A stretch of DNA of 64,000 nt from the human T2T-CHM13v2.0 reference genome, Homo sapiens, in assembly GCF_009914755.1 (NCBI RefSeq), contig NC_060925.1; one strand, 5' to 3'. The position numbers and the translations under genes are program-made. A model generated the notes under the pieces. The model made no database searches. It saw only the letters and a list, made by a program, of their open reading frames with translations, and was not told where the DNA came from. Below, in pieces: positions 55,680 to 64,000 of the stretch; the first letter of the stretch is position 1, and each line of letters starts with the position of its first letter.

Positions 55680-56032
55680 TTAACATTATTGATGTATAAT
55701 TTATATAATGTTAACTACATCTATTTAAAGTATACAATTCAATGGGTTTTGAGAAACATATATATTTGTGAAATCACCACCACAATCAAGATATAGAACA
55801 TTTTCAAAATACCCCAAAATTCATGTACACCATATCATTCATTCCTCCCTTTATTCCTGACCACAGGCAACTACTGATCTGCTTTTTGCTGTTACAGATT
55901 AGTTTGCTGTTTCTGGAATTTTATATTAATGCAAGCATACAGTATGTGCTTCTTTGTATCTGGCTCCTTTCACTTAGCACAGTCACTTTGAGATTCATTC
56001 ATGTTAATGTGTATATCAGTAATTCATTCTTT
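55680..56032 (-). mobile_element. old L1M (L1MB/ME-like) 3' end
   Basis: 'caccacaatcaagatatagaacattt...caggcaactactgatctgc...ctggctcctttcacttagca...ttgagattcattcatgtt'. Confidence 0.85.
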
Positions 56033-56377
56033 ACTATATACACATATAGTATATATGTGTATGTACTAGTGTGTATATACTATATGTGTATACACATATA
56101 GACACACACATATATTTTAAAAACTGTTATATACCCATACATATATTCTAATATATATTAATTTCCCCAAGAACCTTCATACACTGTATAATATTTCTAA
56201 CCTGCAGAGGTTTTAGATTTGTATAAAGTCAAAGCTACTAAATTCTTACATTATATTGTCCACACTTCAATAACATAGATGTTTATAGATATACAGTAAA
56301 CTAATATTTTCTTTTTGATTTTTTTTATATTGTAATGCTCTAACCCATCTATGATTTATTTTGGTATGAGGGAAGAA

Positions 56378-56910
56378 GGTCTTAATTGTAGTTCCTTTCA
56401 AAGCAGAGCCCGAGGCAAAGTTTGCATGTTCAAGGTTTGAGGGGAGAGGAATCCCGGGGCATTAAGAGTGAGAGAAAAGGGAAAGTGAGGAAGAGAAGGA
56501 GGAGACAAAATCAAAGATGGCATGTCATTACTGGGCTGGCCACAACTTCACAGGAAACAGAGCTGTGGCAGGATGTCAACAGAGGCTGACAGAACCAGTG
56601 CATGAGTCCAGTGGCACAGAGAGGGAATGAGGAGTGAGGAATCTGTCATCAACTCTCTCTTGCAATGGTTAAAGTTTGCACTTCTGAGCTGTGTTTCCCA
56701 AACACTCCAAGCAGCTGCTAAGAAAGTTTGGGTTTCATGGACTCAGCTGGGTCACCTCTGGGTGCTAAAACTGCTGTGGCTCCCACTGTGACAGACAGGA
56801 GCAATGGAGGATGTGCCCAGGAGGTGAGAGACAGGGGCTGTTAGGAGGTGAGCAACAGCAGCAGACGCCCATAGGGGTGGAGCCTGGCAATCCATGTAGG
56901 CTCCTATACT
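56378..56910. mobile_element. ERVL-type LTR (LTR16/LTR33-like) interrupting L1M
   Basis: 'caaagcagagcccgaggcaaag...tttgaggggagaggaatccc' resembles the LTR16-family terminus; GC-richer insert inside AT-rich L1M. Confidence 0.45.
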
Positions 56911-56939
56911 TAGGCTACTAGGGGATGTAACTTTCATTA

Positions 56940-57900
56940 CCATTTATCCTATAATGAATAATCAACCCTTTCTTTACCAATTTGAATTCCAACTTTGCCA
57001 TATTCTAAGTTCTTAATTATACTAGGGTTTATTTCTGATTCTACCTATGAATGTACAAATGTATAGTTACAATACTTTTCAGCTCTCTGGTGGTACAATT
57101 TCCCTCATTCATTTTTTCAAAGCTTTTTCTCAGCTATTTTCATAAACTCATGTGTGTAGGTAAAGTTATAATAATTTTAACTTGTTTTATAAAACAATTG
57201 AGGATCTGTATATAAATCACATTAAATTAATATATCTATTCAGGGATTCTCAAGATCTATAATACTGCACTATGTTTTACTTTTCATGAATACAGCAGAA
57301 GCTTCCATTTATTTAAGTTTTTTGAGGTCTCTCAGTAAAATTCTCCAACAATTTTTCATGTAGCTTCTGCAAAAGTTTTATTAAATTTTGGCCTAAATAT
57401 TTTAAATTACATTACTCTGGTGGACAGGATTTTTTTTTTCATTGTGCTTTCTAACTGATAATTTATTGCATGTAGTAAACTTTTTATATTAATTTTATAA
57501 CCAATCATCTTTCTAAACTTTCTAGTTAGTTCAAATAATTTTTCAGTTTATTCTCATGGGTTTTCTAGGCGGACAATCAAATTGTCTGTAAAGAATGATA
57601 ATTTTTCCTTCTTCTCCAATAGTAACATTTCTTATTTTTCTTTTCTGCCCCTCTTCTTTGGCTATAACTTTAGAATATTGTTAAACAAATAATTGTGATA
57701 ACAGTAATCTTTATCTTGCTCCTACCTTTAATAAGAATGCTTCTGCCATTTTACTTTTAAGTATGATGTTGGCTGTTGCTTTCAGAGAGAAATCTTAAAT
57801 CCTATCAAGGTAACACATTTCTATTACTAGATCACAAAGAGTTTTTTCAATTGATCATCAATGTTCAATTTATATTTTTTGTCTTGAATAGACCTACCAG
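56940..57900 (-). mobile_element. old L1M ORF2 fragment
   Basis: 'gggttttctagg...tctgtaaagaatgataattt...agaatgcttctgccattttacttttaagtatgatgttggctgt'. Confidence 0.75.
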
Positions 57901-58559
57901 GACACTGTGTGTTTTACTGTGAAAAGGATGTTCACGTTTTCAATCCAATGTTTTTAACTGGACACTGGCCTGCCGCTTAGGACTCAGCTGCTTCTCCGGA
58001 GAGGGAGGCTTTGTTCTACCCTGCTACACAGGACACTAAAACCCCCTGTTTTGGGTCAGGCAGGCCATCTACAGTCTGACATTGCTCTTTCCGATGAGCT
58101 ACTAAGCACCCACACAACTGTTTCAATTTGTGTTGCCTCAAAGTTACTGTCTCCAAACCTATATTGCTTACTAGCATTACACTTAGGCTTAGAGTATTTT
58201 TTACGTGTTTGTTCCCTAGTTAGTTAAGGGGACACAATGACATTGATTTATATCCATGATCCATGCTAGTTGTTTCTCTCCTCTTTAATCTTTGGACACT
58301 GGTGATTCCAGCCCCAACATCTCCCAATGCTTAGCTTACTTGGCTTTTTTTTTTTTTTAATCTTGATATAAAAACTCTGTGGATTCTCATACTTCCTTAA
58401 AATAGAATATGATTTCTGTTTCACAATCTATTTAGCTGATTTCATGTATTGTGTAAATTTCTTTTTTATTTTCTGACAGTCAGAAACATGTTTTCCCTCA
58501 AGGAAGTGAGTAGGTACAGGGGACTCCATGGAGCCCTTCGAATTTTCAACTGTGTTTAT

Positions 58560-60200
58560 ACCTTCTAGGTGCCTCTCCCCATTCCCAAAGTAGCCAGTCC
58601 ACCTCTTCATCAATTTCCTTATTCCATTCCCATCATCAACCCCCTCTTTCAGCAAATGAAACTTGCCTCCTACTTCACTGAGAAAACCAAGGTGAGAATT
58701 CCCATTCCTAAAATCTATGACTAATTCTGGAGTCCTCCCTCCACTTTCCCTAGTTGACACCCTTCCCTACAGTTTCATGCAAAAAACAAAAATCACCTTT
58801 CACCACAAGACATCTTCACCCATTCCATCATCTCTGTATCACCTACCTCTGATGTATTAGCAACCTCTCCCTCTTTGCAGGCTTGGAAACTTCACCTTCC
58901 TTTAAGTCTTCAATCTAGATTTAAATCTCTGTATCTTCTCCCTACTTTCTCTCTCTCTTTCCAGTCATAAATGTGGAAACCCAGCAGTCCCTTTGCTGGC
59001 TCATCTTCCCCTGCCTCCATCTTAAATGTTGACACCCTCTCTTGACTCCAGGTTTTACTTTTAGCACTGTTTTTATTTCATGACACGTTGAGCGAGATTG
59101 CCCCCAGGTAATCGCATTCACTTCCTGAACTTCCACTCGTCTATGTGCTGCTGACTCCAGTGTTCTCATTTCTATTTCAAACCCCACTCTTAAATCTCAC
59201 ACTGTCTACTGGACCACCTCAACTTGTGTTTCCACCAGCACCTCAAAACAACATGGACAAAACCCCATGATCAGAGTCGTCCCTCCCCCACCAAATCTGC
59301 CCTTCTACCAACTCTCTTATTGCCACACGTGACATCACTGTCCACCCAGACACTCAAACCAGCGTGGGAGCCACCCCAGCCTCTCCCTCTCCTGCACATC
59401 CAGTCAATGCCTCCATTCAGCCTGTCTTCGCTCCTTGAGTTCTCCTGTGCTATTCTTCTCTCTCCCACAGTCCCTGCCGCAGCTCTGACCCTAAGCATTT
59501 CTCTTGGAACTCCTGGTATAGCCTCTGTGCTCTGAATGTTTTTCTCTTTTATGCACCAAGCTTTTTCTGACCTCTGGGCTTTCTTTCCCACATACTGCCC
59601 ACTGTTCTCTCTCCTTAAAACACTTGTCTGCCCTGATCTTGACCTTGTCAAACATTCCTGAACATAATCATCAACGGAGACCTTCTTTAAAAAAAAAGAA
59701 AGAAAAAGTAGTTCTATTTAAATCACTTCTGTGCTTAAAACCCTCTAACAGCCTCCATTGCCCTTGAGATACAGTTTAATCTCCTTAGCATGGCATACAG
59801 ATTCTCTGCTCTAGACCTTTCCCTTGCCAAACTTCTGCCCACATCCTGTGTTCTTGTCGCAGAAAATTTCTCATATCTCCCCATCTCTGTCATCCACATT
59901 GCTATTCTATGTTATTGTGAACATATCTTTACCTAATTTTTTTTTTTACTGGTAATGCTTCTACAACCTCCTCCCCCACCCAACTATCTAGCAAACCATC
60001 TATTTATCTTTTTTAAATGATCTCAAAAATAACCTACTACTTCTTTTTTTGCAGTCTGGCATAGACTTATGTCACAGCCTTTTTAATCGACAGATCTGTT
60101 TTCGGATCTGTTTGTCTCCCTGTAAATAACAGTACACAAGCTTGTTATGGCCATTTCCTCAATTCTTTATCCAAAACTACATTTCTTTATTGAAAAACCA
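58560..60200 (+). mobile_element. L2 (long degraded fragment)
   Basis: 'acttgcctcctacttcactgagaaaa', 'tatgtgctgctgactcc', 'gcttaaaaccctctaacagcctccattgccctt...ctccttagcatggcatac'. Confidence 0.7.
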
Positions 60201-62046
60201 TTTTTAAGCACTCTGTTAAGCATTAGGAACACGAAGATTCATGATAATAACAACATAATCGTAGCTCCCAATGAACACACACAGAGAAAGGCAGAGAGAC
60301 AAACATACACAGGTAACACAGCAAATACCCTGACAGTGATATTCACCATCTATTTATCTTAGGGGCACAGAGAAAGAATATCTAATTCTGCTAGTATCGC
60401 AAGAGTCTCAAAGTGTGCGTGACACATTTGCTTGGTAAATACATATAGTTTATTGAGGGCATCGTAGTTTGTTGGGAAAGAGAGAAGGAGTGAGCAGCCA
60501 GCTCATGGAATATCCCAAAGGAAGTTCCCTATGGACTCAGTCCATTTTCTCTCCAATCTGTATCTTCATCTTCACTCTATTTTGCATCTGGATCATCCAT
60601 CCCTCTGGAACACAAGGGGCCCAAGGCAATTGTCAAGGGGGAGAACAGCTAATCTATGCTCTGCCAGTAAGTCTCTGGAAGTTCCTGCCACCCTCTGCCT
60701 CTGCCTGGAGCTCACACCCCCGGCTTGCAATTGCAGCCAGCAGATGTGTATTAAGAAATAACTAATCAAGCCATGGCCTTCAGCCACATGGTGGAGGCCA
60801 GTGTGGTAACTACACCCCCTGTCCATCTCTCTAAGTATCTGTAACCCCAAAAATTATGGAGCCAAGATGATTCATGATGTTCTCTGGACCATGAGCGCCT
60901 GAGGAATCTATAAACACACAGTCCTTAACCCCTTTGAGCCCCAAATGCTTCATCTGTCAAATGAGGATAATAACCTTCTCAAAGTGCTGCTATCCAGAAC
61001 AATGTGATCTAAAATGCCTCACTTATTATCTACCACAAAATAACTGTAGCTTCTTTTCATTGAAGGCATACTCCATGCTGTGAGAAGAAATGTAAGGCAT
61101 ACTTCCCTTACATGGGTTTGATTTTGGGGTTTTGCTGTTCCACTTTTGTTTCAATGATGCCTATGACTTCTACATTTCTTTGGCTTAACACTTGTTTTCT
61201 CTTCAAGACACATTGAATAGATATTGAATTCAAGGGAACCATAATTATCACCATCACTTACAGTTCTTTGCTATCTTACCAATGAATCTAGAAGGGGATT
61301 CAGGTTGGATTGATGGCCTGAGCCAGTCTGGAGTTGGCTGTGACTGGATTCACTCCTGATGCTCTAAACTCTCATCTGAACACCACATATTGCCTTAATC
61401 CACATGCTTCACTTGGGATTCTACTCAGCCCTCGACTGCCTCTCTTGTCCTCACCACAAATGACCCTGGTTTGTTCAAATATAACACCAGCATTGAGAAG
61501 AAGGTGACTGGTGCGATTTCTTCCTATGGTCCCTTATTAAAAATGATTCACATCTCCCTTTGTAAGATGAGGCAAAAGCAAAGAAACAAAGTGAAATTGA
61601 AAAAGAAGGGGAAAACTGAAAACAGAAAGTCAACATGGCAAGAAAGCGGGAGATGTAGTCCCTGTTAGTCTCTGCAGGATAGGACCTCGGGGACAGCTCC
61701 CCTACCTCAACCACAAATAGAATATGATAATTCATCTCCTCAAACATACCAGGGGATTGCTGCCTCTAGCAGGAACTGGATTCCCCACGAATCTCTGAGA
61801 CTGTAGCAGTCGACTCATTTTCTGGGCTACTTTTAACAAATCATTGAATTAATTTCCTTTCCAGTTCTTTATGAGAAAACTAAATTACAAATATCACCAA
61901 AATGTTCTTTCCCCACTGGCAAATTCCCCTGAGTCTAGTGTTTGAGTTTCTATGACTCCATTTGGAGTAGGTTTTAGGAGACATGCATTTTATTTGTAAA
62001 GGAAATATTCAGTACCAAAGTACTGTACTCTCTGTAGGCCAATATA

Positions 62047-62059
62047 ATCTCTTTCTTTC

Positions 62060-62147
<88 letters not shown>
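62047..62147 (+). repeat. compound (TTTC)n/(TC)n microsatellite
   Basis: About 100 bp of pure pyrimidine. Confidence 0.97.
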
Positions 62148-62148
<1 letters not shown>

Positions 62149-62404
62149 GAGTTCCTTCTCTACTCTTTTATTCACCCTCTGATTTAATGGTACTACTTTC
62201 CAGACAGCATTTTTCATCTTCAAAGACGTTTACAGACTTGCAAAATAAATGTCAGTCCCTGAAATGCAAACCCTGGGACTCAGATGGACCACTTGGGGGT
62301 AACTCCTCTGCATCGTACAGAAATCCAAAATTTTACAAGCAGCCTCTGGTTAGAGTCTTCGCTGAGCCTGGGTCCAGCCCATGCCCCGCCTTATCCCAGG
62401 TCCC

Positions 62405-62760
62405 TGTCTTAGTCATCTACTCAGGCAGCTATAACAAGATACCATAATCTGTGTGGCTTAGCCACAGAAATTAATTTTCTCACAGTTCTGGAGGCTACAA
62501 GTCCAAGATCAAGGTTCTGGCCTGTTTGGTTTCTGGTGAGGGCTCTCCTCCTGGCCGGCTTTCACACCATGTCCTCACATGGTGGGGAAACAGGGAGAGC
62601 AAGCTCTGGTGTGCCTTCTAATAAGGATGCTAGCCCCATCAGGGATGCCTCCTTATGACCTTATTTAACCTTAATTATATTCCTACCCCAAATACAATCA
62701 TCTTGGGGGTTAGGGCTTCAACATATGAATTTTGGGAGGGATGCAATTTAGTCCATAGCA
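62405..62760 (-). mobile_element. MaLR solo LTR, MLT1A0-like
   Basis: 'tgtcttagtc...ctcacagttctggaggct...gttagggcttcaacatatgaattttggg...gtccatagca'. Confidence 0.88.
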
Positions 62761-64000
62761 CTTTCCCAGAAAACAAAGTCAAATGGACACAAATACAGCA
62801 GATGTCTATTTCAGTCAATTACACAGTACCAGAAATGAGCTATGAAAAACGCTTATCAAGTCGTATCATCCGTCACTACTGCCACCACTCAGCAAGGCTG
62901 ACAACACTTCTCTTGTATTTCAAAGCACTTTAGGGAAGTTCTTTTGCTAGGCTGACTCTAACTCCACAACCTTGTCACCTGACACTGCCTGAGAACCTTC
63001 ATAATAGGCTAGATGTGCTCCTTCTGCCGACAATGCACTCTTCCCTCTCCACTGGAACAGCTAAAAACCTCTTCACTAGCCTAGCATCTGTCCTTGGGTG
63101 CCTTCCCTTGTCTCTCTTCTCCAGGGGGCTTGTGTGTGCCCTGCTTCTTTCTCTCAGGCTGAAATCCCTCCTTTCATCTCTCTTGCAACCTTTTTAGATG
63201 GTGGAGACCATCTTATTACCTCATACAGTGCTAGCCAAGAGCTGGCTACCCGGTCCACTGCAAATCACTGCTCCTTGGCCCTTCAGCTCTGTGTAACACA
63301 TCCACGACCAGCTTTTCCTGGCATGGTGACAGACTTGCCATCCTTCTGTGTGGTCTGCCTTGCAGGCAATGCTGTACTAGGCTCTGGTTTAAGAGGGTTT
63401 CTCCATCCCAGTGTGATTTTCCACATCCATTGCTACAGGAGAGTGGCGGTAGCTGGTGTGGATACAGGCAGTACCATGGGAGGCCTGCAAACTCCCCTTC
63501 TTTTCCATGCCTCCTGTCTGCCTGGGCAGAGGCTGCAGGGAGTGGAGAACATCCCAACCAGCGGATATGTGATTAGGTGACGAGGGAGCCTGGCTGTCAC
63601 TCACTCCCTCTCCCAGACTTAAGGGAACTGTCGGCTGAAGCTTTCCCTTGGGGCCTGGAGTGGAGTCACTCACAGGGTAAACACTGTCGTCAGTCTTTTT
63701 CACTATAACTCTGTGGACCCCTCACACACACACAGTGGAGGATATAAAACCAAGCTGAGAATATGGTGGCTGGAATGTGTCGGGTCCCTGTTAGACACTT
63801 CTCTAAGAAAAGCAGAGAGGAAAAAGAAAGAAAATATGGGACTTCTAATGAAGAGGTGCTTTAATTCTTCTTACTGCTTCTATAATACACACACATGCAT
63901 ACACTCACATGCACATACACACACATCTGTCTATACCACCAAATTAGTTTCATATATTTTCTTCCTTCTTCTTTCTCTCTCTCTGTGTTTCTCTCTGCTC

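Noticed and set aside
60091-60110. Small hairpin cagatctg-tttt-cggatctg, as a terminator or miRNA
   Set aside because: The 8-bp stem is too short for a pre-miRNA, and intrinsic terminators are not relevant here.

Overview
Primate (very likely human or hominoid) non-coding genomic DNA, intergenic or deep intronic. I find no intact host protein-coding gene, RNA gene or CRISPR array. The only recognisable protein homologies in the ORF track are decayed LINE-1 ORF1/ORF2/ORF0 and Tigger1 transposase fragments. Much of the window is transposon relics: five Alus, two L1PA pieces, old L1M, three Tigger1 copies, THE1/MLT/LTR16-type LTRs, and L2, MIR, L3 and hAT MER fragments. These are separated by repeat-poor islands that look like regulatory DNA (about 0.3-2.2 kb, 36.3-38.2 kb, 54.0-54.7 kb). 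I cannot support a novel multi-gene system. The most unusual sequence-level signals are: (1) a 282-bp, about 91% identical inverted duplication at 43.3-44.1 kb, with a third partial copy and a G-U-biased mismatch pattern; (2) a 5'-intact but 3'-truncated L1PA3-like element nested with an AluY inside Tigger1; (3) a tiny L1PA 3' end with a compound, transduction-like tail; (4) an AluSc whose A-tail is replaced by a fold-back; (5) two inverted Tigger1 derivatives sharing one deletion junction; (6) dispersed 231-bp and exact 38-bp local duplications; (7) a perfect palindromic T-MARE. Repeat subfamily names come from my recollection of consensus sequences and need RepeatMasker/Dfam confirmation. 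Identity figures are manual counts.
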